IMG/VR virus record: IMGVR_UViG_3300035180_001680
From: a virus
Lineage: Duplodnaviria; Caudoviricetes
DNA length: 64,000 bases
Reading direction: 5' to 3' (one strand)
The translations under genes were made by a program, and so were the position numbers. Below, piece after piece: positions 18,908-28,035 of the stretch (the stretch's first letter is position 1; every line of letters starts with the position of its first letter). The notes under the pieces were generated by a model that was not told where the DNA came from, searched no databases, and saw only the letters and a list, made by a program, of their open reading frames with translations.

Positions 18908-18981
18908 GGTGCCCAATGTCGGAATCGAACCGACGGTCAAGTGTTTTAGAAGCACCTGCTTTACCATTAAGCCAATTGAGC
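18908..18981 (-). tRNA. amber suppressor tRNA(CTA)
   Basis: GCTCAAT-TG-GCTT..AAGC-A-GGTGC-TT-CTA-AA-ACACT-TGACC-GTCGG-TTCGATT-CCGAC-ATTGGGC-A-CC. Confidence 0.75.
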
Positions 18982-19072
18982 AATCATTTGCTAATATTAC
19001 TTGTTCTTTTAAATAATGTCAACAAATGTTTCTCATTGAATTTATTTACTATAAACAAGGAGTTCGCTGACT

Positions 19073-19327
19073 TTAAATACCAATTCCCGCATGAATAGTG
19101 GGTTCATTTTTGGAAAAATTAAACTCGTTTTTCATGTAATAGTCAGCCAATTTTTCTGTAATCATGCGGATTACATCCGAATAGGAACGTTCCAACACAA
19201 AACGAACATTTGTGTGCCGCCAGGATTTCGTTCGTAAAAATTCATAAACAATTGTCCTATGTTCACGATTAGAAGGGTCGAATATGGTATATTGAGCCGC
19301 AAATTTAAAAATTTCTGTATTCATCAT
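19073..19327 (-). CDS. hypothetical phage protein
   Basis: FDPSNREHR..VYEFLRTKSW. Confidence 0.6.
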   Translation of the reverse strand: MMNTEIFKFAAQYTIFDPSNREHRTIVYEFLRTKSWRHTNVRFVLERSYSDVIRMITEKLADYYMKNEFNFSKNEPTIHAGIGI

Positions 19328-19328
19328 A

Positions 19329-19835
19329 TTAGACCCTATTAAAAGCAATACAACTGTTAGTGTATTGGTGGTCGTTCGTAACTTCTTCACCGACCCAATC
19401 TGGTAAAATTAAACTATCAATTTCTAGCTGAGATTTGTTTTGATTAAACTCGATTTCGGCTACGATAAGCCCCTCGTGTTTTCCCCCAAACACATCAACT
19501 TCCCACAAGTGATAATTATTTTTAACAATGTAACGAACCTTCTCTATGGAATTATGTTCAAAAGCTGAAAATAACTCTTTAGCTAACGTTGGTTCGATAT
19601 CAAATTCGAATTCCTCCCGCCTCAACATATCACCAGTGTCTTTTTTAATAGTCATTCTGTACCAAGACAGGACCTGGGGAACAGATTCAGTCTTTATCCG
19701 AACTCGAGTATTCGGAGCAATGTATGCTTGTTTAATATGAAAAGTTCGAACGATATTGTTCCTCCAATTATCGTTTTTTACTAGAAACTTTCGTTCGATT
19801 TCAAGATTCATTTTTGTTTCTTTGTTTATAATCAA
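19329..19835 (-). CDS. CYTH-domain protein (triphosphate tunnel metalloenzyme)
   Basis: EIERKFLV; WEVDVF...LIVAEIE. Confidence 0.9.
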   Translation of the reverse strand: MIINKETKMNLEIERKFLVKNDNWRNNIVRTFHIKQAYIAPNTRVRIKTESVPQVLSWYRMTIKKDTGDMLRREEFEFDIEPTLAKELFSAFEHNSIEKVRYIVKNNYHLWEVDVFGGKHEGLIVAEIEFNQNKSQLEIDSLILPDWVGEEVTNDHQYTNSCIAFNRV

Positions 19836-20262
19836 TCGTTAACACTACTTCATCTTTTCCAGTCCAAACTTCACAAAGTCCGTGTTCACCCCATTCACTC
19901 AACACACTCATTTCACCATCACGCCAAAGCTCAGGACTAGCACAAACATAACCTCTTGGAGTAGTAACGCTAGTTTTGTTTGTCCAGGGGTGACCATAAT
20001 CTGTCCATCGCCAGAAACAGTTACAACAACAGCGATCGTGCCACTCTTCTTTCATACATTTGTGATTAATCATCATTAGTTCATCATTCATTAAATGAAA
20101 TTTGTCGTCAGGACAAATTGCTTCAACGGGAACAACCTCGACGTTTGTATACCACTGGGGGTGTTGTTGAATAATACCTAACTTTGTCGTTAGCGAGTTT
20201 GGAGTTTGTGTAAAGGTGAGCATCTTGGCGGTTCTCTGATGAACCCTTACCAATAGACTCAT
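19801..20262 (-). CDS. hypothetical Cys-rich protein
   Basis: 153-aa ORF; start uncertain. Confidence 0.45.
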   Translation of the reverse strand: MSLLVRVHQRTAKMLTFTQTPNSLTTKLGIIQQHPQWYTNVEVVPVEAICPDDKFHLMNDELMMINHKCMKEEWHDRCCCNCFWRWTDYGHPWTNKTSVTTPRGYVCASPELWRDGEMSVLSEWGEHGLCEVWTGKDEVVLTIDYKQRNKNES

Positions 20263-20453
20263 AACAAATCTTATTTGAGGAAGTGTGCGTATATTGAACG
20301 GCGTAACGAATCATCAGATTATCTCTGTAATTTTGAACATAACTGAATTTTACACTTAAATTACTGTGATGTCAACAGATAACAAAAAACGGACCGAAGC
20401 CCGTTTAAAGTCAACCCACCACTTAATGTTTATCTCCATTAAGAAAGAATTTT

Positions 20454-20530
20454 TGGAGCGGGAAAAGAGACTTGAACTCTCGACCTCAACTTTGGCAAAG
20501 TTGCGCTCTAACCAACTGAGCTACTCCCGC
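20454..20530 (-). tRNA. tRNA-Gly(GCC)
   Basis: GCGGGAG acceptor; CAACT-TTGCCAA-AGTTG; U73; CCA. Confidence 0.95.
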
Positions 20531-20696
20531 ATGTTAGTGTATTTATAAACCCACTCAAACAATCTAACAATCAACACCAAGGGTAATAGAATCGTTCGAA
20601 TCGTTTGTCCCCAAATCCAATATAACCAAGGCGGCCAGTTATACATTGAAACTGTTATATTACTTTGTACGAAATATCAAAAATATTGCTTTTTAT

Positions 20697-22033
20697 CAAT
20701 CTCTCAACTAAGAAAACCCCAGATGCTTCAACATCGGGGATGAATTAGTTGATCTCTCTTCTAACTTCCCCCATAAATACTCTTATACAAAGGGAGAACA
20801 CCACTTGCATAAAGCATACACGTTCCGATTAAATCCGACAACAGATCAGGAAACCGCGCTGAAACAGACAGGTGGATCAGTTCGTTGGTTGTGGAACCAA
20901 ATGTTAAAAGCAAATATTGACAAATATGCTGCTGAGGGGAAGTTTAATTTTCAGTTCGATATGAACCGGATGACAACGAAGTTGAGGGCCGAGATTCCGT
21001 GGCTTGAAGAGGTGAATAGCCAGGTTTTGCAGCAGAAAAACAGGGATTTAGATAAATCAATCAAAGCAAAAATCGCAAGGAAAACCAAACAGACTGGATT
21101 TCCTAAATTTAAGAAAAAGACAGAAAACAATGATTCATTTCGAGTTCCTGGTGGTTTTAAGTTATCGAATAAAGGCGTAAAATTGCCTAAAATCGGATGG
21201 ATTTCGTGGAAAATCAATAGAAAACTTCAGGGGAAAGCGAAAAATATTACATTTAAACAAGTAGGTGATAAGTGGAACGCAGTTGTTTTGTGCGAGATTG
21301 CTGATGTAGAACCAAGAACATTGTTTTCTGATGCCGAAGTTATCGGAATTGATGTTGGAATTAAAGATTTTGCTGTGTTGAGCAATGGAAAGAAGATTGC
21401 TAATCCCAAGGACCTTGAGAAGAGTTCTCGGTTGTTAAAGAGAAAACAACAATCACTCTCTAAGAAGGTTAAAGGATCTTCCAATCGAATCAAAGCAAGA
21501 AAATCTGTTGCTAAGTTGCACAGATCTGTAGCAAATAAAAGAAAAGACTTCCAGTGGAAACTAGTTGATTTGATAACCAAAAATCACTCAGTTGTTTGCA
21601 TGGAAGACCTGAATATTAGCGGAATGGTCAAGAACAGAAAGTTGGCTAAATCAATCGAATCTGCTGGATGGAGAATGTTTAAAGAAAAACTTAAACATAA
21701 ACTAGCAGAGACAGGTGGTTTGGTTGTCAATATCCCTAGATTTGCTCCATCTTCTAAAATGTGCTCATCGTGTGGAGCATTAAATCATTCTCTGACTCTA
21801 AAAGATAGAGAGTGGAAATGTGATTGCAATGCTGAACACGATAGAGACATTAACGCTGCGATTAATATTCGGAATATTGGTTTAAATACGCTGGGAACTA
21901 GCGGAATTTACGCCTGTGGAGTTGCCTCTGATGGGGATATAGCATATGATATATCTAGTTATGCAATGATGAAGCAGGAAAATCTGGGCGTTGGCCTGGA
22001 AGCCCCAAATGCTTTAGCATTGGGGTAGTTCAC
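20697..22033 (+). mobile_element. IS200/IS605-family (TnpB-only) insertion element
   Basis: preceded by TTTAT; left-end hairpin; right end ...GGGGTAGTTCAC; removing it restores the flanking gene frame; no target duplication. Confidence 0.85.
20805..22028 (+). CDS. tnpB: TnpB RNA-guided endonuclease
   Basis: HKAYTFRLNP HTH; RuvC GIDVG, MEDL, DRDINAA; Zn ribbon SKMCSSCG. Confidence 0.93.
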   Translation: MHKAYTFRLNPTTDQETALKQTGGSVRWLWNQMLKANIDKYAAEGKFNFQFDMNRMTTKLRAEIPWLEEVNSQVLQQKNRDLDKSIKAKIARKTKQTGFPKFKKKTENNDSFRVPGGFKLSNKGVKLPKIGWISWKINRKLQGKAKNITFKQVGDKWNAVVLCEIADVEPRTLFSDAEVIGIDVGIKDFAVLSNGKKIANPKDLEKSSRLLKRKQQSLSKKVKGSSNRIKARKSVAKLHRSVANKRKDFQWKLVDLITKNHSVVCMEDLNISGMVKNRKLAKSIESAGWRMFKEKLKHKLAETGGLVVNIPRFAPSSKMCSSCGALNHSLTLKDREWKCDCNAEHDRDINAAINIRNIGLNTLGTSGIYACGVASDGDIAYDISSYAMMKQENLGVGLEAPNALALG

Positions 22034-22456
22034 AACTCGGTAGTCTTCATTGCTTACATTTGCAACCAGATAATCACCTGGAATACTTTCCAAAACACTA
22101 CCATTCCAAATAGAACACCTAAATGTGTCTTCTTTGAATTGTTTGGAAAGATAAATCGCAGTATCTCTTTTTGTTGCTGTTCCAGGGTTTGTTCCATTCG
22201 AATCGTTCATAATTTCATATTTGTCAAAAGAGCTTTGGCCAACAGGATAACCGGTCATCGTATTAAAATCGTCAAACATAACGACACAATCATCAACAAC
22301 TGTTTGAACACCTTCAAGTGAAATTACTGTAGTTCCGTATAGGCGAATATAATCACGACCCCGCATGAACTGTCGAACAATGGGGAGTGCTTCGGTTAAT
22401 TTAAAGCCGTTTGATATTGAAACTTCGATTGGTGAGCCATCTTTCATTTCAAGCAT
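21959..22456 (-). pseudogene. PGDYG-like protein interrupted by the TnpB element
   Basis: PGDYLVANVSNEDYRV joins IKSNIFDISYKVI* on the far side of the element (ending ~20658). Confidence 0.7.
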
Positions 22457-22465
22457 GATTTTCCT

Positions 22466-22798
22466 TTACTGTTTTGTGTTGTCAACAACAATCCTTAATC
22501 TTGACTGTTCTACATTGGAGCGAATTTCCCCACTAAACACTTGCAGCTCATACTGAAACGCATAGAATTGGGTCCAAAATATAGATTGAACCTTATTGAA
22601 CCGTTCTGTTGAATCATGAATACGGTCTAATCGGAGGTTCATGTTGAATATTTTAGCTTCCATTTGTTTCTGTTTATCGGGGTCTTCTTGCCACCTCATA
22701 ACAGCATCATGAATTGCTTCATTACGTTGTTTGTTGAACTCTGTTGGATTATCCTTGAATAGATTCATCCAATAGTCAAAGGTTTTTTCTTCATTCAT
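22466..22798 (-). CDS. hypothetical protein (DUF3135-like)
   Basis: FDYWMNLFKDNPTEFNKQR. Confidence 0.55.
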   Translation of the reverse strand: MNEEKTFDYWMNLFKDNPTEFNKQRNEAIHDAVMRWQEDPDKQKQMEAKIFNMNLRLDRIHDSTERFNKVQSIFWTQFYAFQYELQVFSGEIRSNVEQSRLRIVVDNTKQ

Positions 22799-22804
22799 CA
22801 GAAT

Positions 22805-23074
22805 TCAGTGTGAAAGCCACTGGAGTGCCATATCAATATCGTTATCTAATATATCAACAAGACGTTTTTCCCAGTCATAAGTTGAACTAATATTTACCAT
22901 TCCTGGGACGTTTATATCCATTGGTTCAAATAACACAATAGCCATTTCACAATCAGAAACAAAATCAACGAAACCGACGATTTTATCATCAGAATCGTCT
23001 AGGACGAAACATCCAGGATATCCATGCTCAATATTCTCTTGAGTTGCTTTTATTTTGTAATATTGAGTTATCAT
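22805..23074 (-). CDS. hypothetical protein
   Basis: ATGA overlap with neighbouring gene. Confidence 0.6.
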   Translation of the reverse strand: MITQYYKIKATQENIEHGYPGCFVLDDSDDKIVGFVDFVSDCEMAIVLFEPMDINVPGMVNISSTYDWEKRLVDILDNDIDMALQWLSH

Positions 23075-23520
23075 TGTTTTAGTAATCCTTTAATAATATC
23101 AGATGCAACTTTCCCGTCATACATGCCCCCGTGTGTATTTTTTAGATATTGCATAATAAGACCTGTTCCGTTTGATGTTGCAATCCCACCATTTAAAATA
23201 AATTTAGTAATAACAGAAGTCAATTCTTCAACGGAAAGTTGTTTCGGAAGGTAATATTCCAAAATTTCTCGTTCAATTTCTAACGCGTCACGCCAGTCAG
23301 CATCCTGTCGGTCACCAGCGTAAGATATATTTTCGTTGACACCTTTAAGGAATTTTTTAATTGTGTTTATAACTTCTGCATCGGTTGGGTCTCTAGGTGG
23401 TGTAGCATTTTTTCCAACCATCAACGCTTCACTGTAAAGTGTGGTCAACAAACTTACAGCGTCGGATTTAGATTTACGTGCAACAATTTGGTCAGTTTTA
23501 ATTTGTTCAATAAGAGACAT
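23071..23520 (-). CDS. YqeY/GatB-domain protein
   Basis: TDAEVINTIKK, EREILEYYLPKQLS, MYDGKVAS. Confidence 0.88.
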   Translation of the reverse strand: MSLIEQIKTDQIVARKSKSDAVSLLTTLYSEALMVGKNATPPRDPTDAEVINTIKKFLKGVNENISYAGDRQDADWRDALEIEREILEYYLPKQLSVEELTSVITKFILNGGIATSNGTGLIMQYLKNTHGGMYDGKVASDIIKGLLKQ

Positions 23521-23631
23521 TTATTTTTACCTTTAAAGTTAAGAATTCTTGCTCGTGGTTTGGTGAACCTTTGTGTTTTGTGAACACATGGAACAAAAGA
23601 TATCCCATTATCTATTAAACATCAGTTGGTG

Positions 23632-23876
23632 TCAACATTTATTATTAATTTTCACTTTAGCCGTTTCAGCATCAGTGTCGATAATAATAGTTAAATATTC
23701 TCCATATCTAACCCACTGTGATATGATATCATAAAGTTCTTCACTTCGGTCATCACGTATTGATTCAATTTCTTGTGACGAAAGACCTGTTACGTCTACC
23801 ATACTCTGTTTAACAGCGTTAGCAATACTTTCAGATACACCATCGGGGGGTCTTTAAATGTTAAATTAAATTTCAT
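23632..23876 (-). pseudogene. small phage protein frameshifted in a G6 tract (23845-23850)
   Basis: MKFNLTFKDP then DGVSESIA...YGEYLTIIIDTD in a shifted frame. Confidence 0.6.
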
Positions 23877-23994
23877 GATTATTCCCCATTAGTTGGAGTC
23901 TTCAAATTGCCCACAGCAGACTGATATATACGTTCATACACCTGCCTGAACACTGTGTGGTCAGATTAACTTAAAAGTGAATAAACGTCAATAA

Positions 23995-24624
23995 CTATTT
24001 AAATAAAGAGGGTAATGCAACTGAACCACGTTGAACAACAACTGCGTCATCATTATTATCAGCATAAAAAAAGTATTGAGAGTTATCAGCATACACAATT
24101 TTCCAATATCCAGACGGAATTGGAAGACCATTAATTGTTTGTTTGTTTTCGTATACTGCTATCGTTACAACATAAACATCTGTTTTTGAAGAATCAAAAA
24201 TACTTCTTACTTTTTCTTCTAGTAACTTCCACTCAACTCTATTTAAAGTTGGAGATTGTGGAGTCATATTTGTCAATAAAAAAGTTTCTTTCATTTCTTC
24301 TAAAGAAGATGCATCATCAGCAGGTGCCATATGACCTTTGTCATAATGTGTTTTTAAATATTGGCGGTTGTTAGGAACAAAACCAACCCTATCATCAGAA
24401 TGAAAATTGTTTGTTCGTTTTACTGACCCTACTGGGGAATTGTGTTTCAATAATTCTGATACAGCAATTACCTTGTGGTTGATAGTGTCATAATCCGATA
24501 CGTAAAAACTATTACAAAGTTCAGTAGTATTAGGAATGTTAAACGGTTTATGATCTGGGTATAGTTGAGGACAGTCTGCAAACGCGAAAGAAGAAACTAA
24601 AAGAAGCCCAAATAGAAATTTCAT
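23995..24624 (-). CDS. DNA/RNA non-specific endonuclease (NucA-like), exported
   Basis: signal peptide; YDKGHMAPA, TFLLTNMTPQ, LNRVEWKLLE. Confidence 0.9.
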   Translation of the reverse strand: MKFLFGLLLVSSFAFADCPQLYPDHKPFNIPNTTELCNSFYVSDYDTINHKVIAVSELLKHNSPVGSVKRTNNFHSDDRVGFVPNNRQYLKTHYDKGHMAPADDASSLEEMKETFLLTNMTPQSPTLNRVEWKLLEEKVRSIFDSSKTDVYVVTIAVYENKQTINGLPIPSGYWKIVYADNSQYFFYADNNDDAVVVQRGSVALPSLFK

Positions 24625-24983
24625 ACAATAACTCCAAAAAGGGTATTTATATTTTTGGCTTTATTGAGTTGGTCCTGTGTAATTAATTTGCCCAATATTT
24701 GTTTTTTGTGTTGTTGAACTGATTTAACTAGTCTATGAACCCCATCTAATACTACCAATTTACCTTTCGATTTGATAACAATTATAGGATGTGAAGTATC
24801 TGCCTTGATTGTTCGCTGTTTTTCTGTTTTAGTGTATGGGGGAATCCAAATTAAATCAGATACTTCAAACTCTTGGGGCTTGACGTTTTTAATTATTCAT
24901 AATAATTTATTAACGCTATAATCATTTCCTTCAGAGCGAATAATGCTCGAATCTTCTTCTTGATATTGTTCCCATAATAACAT
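24621..24983 (-). pseudogene. ParB/Srx-like protein with in-frame TGA at 24897-24899
   Basis: ADTSHPIIV...VLDGVHRL; single open frame except for one TGA. Confidence 0.6.
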
Positions 24984-24984
24984 A

Positions 24985-25236
24985 TTATTCCATTGAACTT
25001 ATTACACGTTGAAGTGCAGAACGGATTTTATTCATATTAGATAGAACAGCAGAGGCGTGTTTCTTCTTATCTACGGGGTTTTTCATCTTGTTAACAATTC
25101 CCAAACCACGTTTTGCAGCATCCATCATTGATGCAATTTGGTCCAAAGAAACGTTATCAGGAATCTCGACTGCTTCAATAAGCATTTCCGATTGACCAAT
25201 TCCAGCGAGTTCCATGAGTCTTGATGTTGTTGTCAT
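24985..25236 (-). CDS. hypothetical, possible virion head protein
   Basis: RLMELAGI motif. Confidence 0.55.
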   Translation of the reverse strand: MTTTSRLMELAGIGQSEMLIEAVEIPDNVSLDQIASMMDAAKRGLGIVNKMKNPVDKKKHASAVLSNMNKIRSALQRVISSME

Positions 25237-25240
25237 AATA

Positions 25241-25516
25241 TTATCCTTTAATTGTTGTAGTATTTATCCAAAGACTGTACGGATGTTCATATTTACAACT
25301 AAACATTACAGAATTAAAGGATTTTCCGGGGAACTCTTCAAGAAAGATATTTGTATGATAATCACTTATAATCATATATGATAGTGTATACTCTCCACCT
25401 TCAACCAATCCAAGTTTTCTAGCTTGAATGCGATTATAATCAAGACCGTGTTCATCAAGAAACCTTACTTTCGTTCCTGGTGGAGCATATAATAAATCAG
25501 TATGAGTCATATTCAA
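25241..25516 (-). CDS. hypothetical protein
   Basis: 91 aa; GKSFNSVMF. Confidence 0.6.
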   Translation of the reverse strand: MNMTHTDLLYAPPGTKVRFLDEHGLDYNRIQARKLGLVEGGEYTLSYMIISDYHTNIFLEEFPGKSFNSVMFSCKYEHPYSLWINTTTIKG

Positions 25517-25730
25517 TCCTGTTTTTAATTTAAGTCCAAAAGAACGGGGTTTCCCCCTGTCCTATTACTTATAGCTGCAAGTTCTGCGCAACACTGTATT
25601 AGGTTGTAATCAACAAACTGGTTTGCGATTTTTCGAAGTTCTTTATAATCACGTTCCGACACAGTTCACCTTATCAACAAACATTTAAAGTAAAGATACT
25701 TTACACTAATGGAGAGTAAAAGTCAACAAT

Positions 25731-25853
25731 TGGTTGTTGTGGTAGGACTCGAACCTACACAAGCTGCTGGAAGGGTTACTATTTTAGTCTGTCTTCACAG
25801 AGCTCCCCACTATGATTCCACCGCCGGGGTATACCAATCCCCCTCACACAACA
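25731..25853 (-). ncRNA. tRNA-like RNA with expanded anticodon domain
   Basis: TGTTGTG/CACAACA acceptor, Leu-like D-arm, T-arm GTAGG-TTCGAGT-CCTAC, ACCA; 123 nt. Confidence 0.5.
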
Positions 25854-25856
25854 ATT

Positions 25857-25905
25857 TGGTAGTCCTGGTGGGTAACGCTCCCACTACTTGCCCTCATCTA
25901 GGACC
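25857..25905 (-). ncRNA. minimal tRNA-like RNA (acceptor + T-arm + CCA only)
   Basis: GGTCCT/AGGACT stem, GTGGG-AGCGTTA-CCCAC, ACCA. Confidence 0.4.
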
Positions 25906-25957
25906 TTGGATGTTTATAAATCATCTTGTTTTCTTTAAACTACAGGACCAATTTGTT

Positions 25958-26042
25958 TGGTGTCTCGAGGGAGACTCGAACTCCCACCTTTCGGTCAATT
26001 GTTTTTGAAACAATTCAGTCTACCAATTCCCTGCACCGAGAC
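25958..26042 (-). tRNA. tRNA-Leu(CAA)
   Basis: ATTGT-TTCAAAA-ACAAT; variable arm CC-GAAA-GG; CCA. Confidence 0.85.
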
Positions 26043-26061
26043 AAATTTAAAACTTTAAAAC

Positions 26062-26152
26062 TGGCGGAAGGTACAGGAATCGAACCAGCGGCTCTACTTA
26101 GATGCCGGCGACTGCTTTCAAAACAGTTTGTCTGCCATAGACACTACCTTCC
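26062..26152 (-). tRNA. tRNA-Ser(TGA)
   Basis: ACTGT-TTTGAAA-GCAGT; long variable arm; G73; CCA. Confidence 0.88.
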
Positions 26153-26157
26153 ATATA

Positions 26158-26661
26158 TCACTTTCTGTGTTTAATACACCGAGTTGAAATCCAACCCCGG
26201 CCACCCACAGTTCCTCGTGCACCACACACTTCACAAATCATTTTACTTTGATATTCAGCAAACTGAATTGCTGAATATTGTTCTTCGGTTGCGTTAGAAA
26301 CATAAAACCGAAGAGTTCCAAATTTTTCTTTCACTTGCCGAGCAACAGGAATCGAAAGTTCTGCATCATCCATCCTTACTTTGGTTGCGGCAATCAACTC
26401 AGTTGTGATAATAGGGTTAAAATCACTTTCAGGACTACCTGGATACAAAAGTTGACCAAGGTTAGGCACCATACGATCGTATGTGTATTTCTCATAGATC
26501 CAATCGCTGCACAAAAATTCAGACAATTGATTAATAAGATTAAACCAACCATCTCCACAAGTAACCCCCCAACACATACAAGTTTCACTCATCGGAAGAG
26601 TGTGTTCTTTATATAGAGCAGGATACTTCTTAAAAAGATAATTTTGATAATGTCTGTTCAT
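26158..26661 (-). CDS. hypothetical phage protein inside tRNA cluster
   Basis: CGDGWFNLI, QVKEKFGTLRFY, CEVCG. Confidence 0.75.
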   Translation of the reverse strand: MNRHYQNYLFKKYPALYKEHTLPMSETCMCWGVTCGDGWFNLINQLSEFLCSDWIYEKYTYDRMVPNLGQLLYPGSPESDFNPIITTELIAATKVRMDDAELSIPVARQVKEKFGTLRFYVSNATEEQYSAIQFAEYQSKMICEVCGARGTVGGRGWISTRCIKHRK

Positions 26662-26718
26662 TTTTAGTCTCTCATCATATATTAAATGATATTTTAAAAT
26701 GACGAAAATGTCAACACA

Positions 26719-26805
26719 GGTCCGAGTGACCGGATTCGAACCGGTACGACCTTTCGGCCGGCAGGGTTTAAGCCTGCTGCATCTACCTAATTACACCACA
26801 CTCGT
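26719..26805 (-). tRNA. tRNA-Leu(TAA)
   Basis: GCAGG-CTTAAAC-CCTGC; long variable arm. Confidence 0.8.
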
Positions 26806-26810
26806 AATTT

Positions 26811-26894
26811 TGGTGCCCCAGACGGGAGTCAAACCCGTAAAAACCTGCGTTCTTAGCGCAGTATCTGTACCAATTTGCATTTGTCACCGGGGGC
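26811..26894 (-). tRNA. tRNA-Leu(AAG), copy 2
   Basis: CTGCG-CTAAGAA-CGCAG; near-duplicate of 27545-27627. Confidence 0.75.
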
Positions 26895-26906
26895 AATTTA
26901 ACTGTC

Positions 26907-26990
26907 TGGTCCGCAGGGAGGGATTCGAACCCACAAAAGCACTACCGTTTGAAGATAGGGGCTGTACCAATTTACCTAAGCCACCTGCGG
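26907..26990 (-). tRNA. tRNA-Leu(CAA)
   Basis: CTATC-TTCAAAC-GGTAG; CCA. Confidence 0.75.
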
Positions 26991-26995
26991 AAATA

Positions 26996-27086
26996 TGGCG
27001 GAGAGTACAGGAATCGAACCAGCGGCTCTACTTAGATGCCGGCGACTGCTTTCTAGGCAGTTTGTCCACCATGGACGCTACTCTCC
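26996..27086 (-). tRNA. tRNA-Ser(AGA)
   Basis: ACTGC-CTAGAAA-GCAGT; paralog of 26062-26152; G73; CCA. Confidence 0.85.
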
Positions 27087-27092
27087 AATATT

Positions 27093-27178
27093 TGGTCGGC
27101 AAGGGGGGATTCGAACCCAACCAAGAGCACTGGAACTTAAATCCAGGGGCTGTACCAATTTACCTAAGCCACTTGCCG
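27093..27178 (-). tRNA. tRNA-Leu(TAA)
   Basis: CTGGA-TTTAAGT-TCCAG; CCA. Confidence 0.75.
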
Positions 27179-27246
27179 AATAGTACCTAATGAGGGATTC
27201 AAACCCTCGCTCACCTTGTCATATAGATTAATGAGACAAACGTGGT

Positions 27247-27348
27247 TGGTGGCCACAGGATGGGAATTTAACCCACTTATCCAGAGGAATGGGAGCTACG
27301 CCTCGAGGAATCTCCCACAGTGCTGTTTCAACTACACCTATCTGCGCC
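27247..27348 (-). ncRNA. Tyr-like tRNA mimic with enlarged anticodon loop
   Basis: GTGGGAG/CTCCCAT arm enclosing 16 nt including CCTCGAGG; T-arm and ACCA. Confidence 0.45.
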
Positions 27349-27357
27349 ATAATATTT

Positions 27358-27430
27358 TGGAGCGGGCTATGAGATTCGAACTCACCTCTTTCGGCTTGGA
27401 AGGCCAAACGTACACCACTTGACAACCCGC
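27358..27430 (-). tRNA. tRNA-Gly(TCC)
   Basis: TTGGC-CTTCCAA-GCCGA; U73; CCA. Confidence 0.85.
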
Positions 27431-27439
27431 ATTAAATTT

Positions 27440-27535
27440 TGGAACCGTATTGCAGTCACGCTCTGCCTGTGTTGCACCTGGACTCCAAGTACAACTCTTA
27501 TTGATTCTTACCAGCACCTACTGGAATGATACGGT
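27440..27535 (-). ncRNA. tRNA mimic with CCA end and no usable anticodon loop
   Basis: ACCGTAT/ATACGGT-T-CCA; 11-bp arm with a 3-nt loop; GCAG-AGCGTGA-CTGC T-arm variant. Confidence 0.45.
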
Positions 27536-27544
27536 AATATTTTT

Positions 27545-27627
27545 TGGTGCCCCAGACGGGAGTCGAACCCGTAAAAACCTGCGTTCTTAGCGCAGTAGCT
27601 GTACCAATTTGCATTTGTCACCAGGGC
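27545..27627 (-). tRNA. tRNA-Leu(AAG), copy 1
   Basis: CTGCG-CTAAGAA-CGCAG; T-arm ACGGG-TTCGACT-CCCGT; CCA. Confidence 0.78.
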
Positions 27628-27760
27628 AATATATCATGTTTTAATCTTTATAAATGTTCACGTTCTAACTGTTTTCTTGTGTATCGAATTGTGGTTCGTT
27701 TAAATAACCAGATACCACCAACAAAGCGATTGTTCCAAATAACACACAACAGGACAAACT

Positions 27761-27837
27761 TGGTACCCAACCTCAGATTCGAACTGAGAACCACAACGTT
27801 CTAAGCGTTGCCGCGTTACCAATTAGCGTAGAAGGGT
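27761..27837 (-). tRNA. tRNA-Leu(TAG) with short variable loop
   Basis: CAACG-CTTAGAA-CGTTG; CCA. Confidence 0.75.
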
Positions 27838-27846
27838 ATTAAATTT

Positions 27847-27936
27847 TGGTGGGGAGAGGACAGAATCGAACTTCTTGCCACGAGGGACAGGGGCTACAAC
27901 CCTGCGCCAGGACCACCTAGCCTTATTTCACTCCCC
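27847..27936 (-). tRNA. tRNA-Tyr(GTA), divergent D-arm
   Basis: CAGGG-TTGTAGC-CCCTG; Tyr-type variable arm; CCA. Confidence 0.65.
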
Positions 27937-27943
27937 TTTATTT

Positions 27944-28029
27944 TGGAACGCTAGGTAGGATTTGCACCCACGTGGGCTTTCACCATCTGCTTTGCAGGCA
28001 GTTCCGTTCGTCTACTCCGGCACTAGCGC
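27944..28029 (-). tRNA. tRNA-Cys(GCA) with long variable arm
   Basis: ACTGC-CTGCAAA-GCAGA; U73; CCA. Confidence 0.8.
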
Positions 28030-28035
28030 ATAAAT

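Noticed and set aside
21959-22033. C-terminal tail of the 21959-22456 ORF
   Set aside because: It is read-through into the IS right end; the true C-terminus lies at ~20658-20696.
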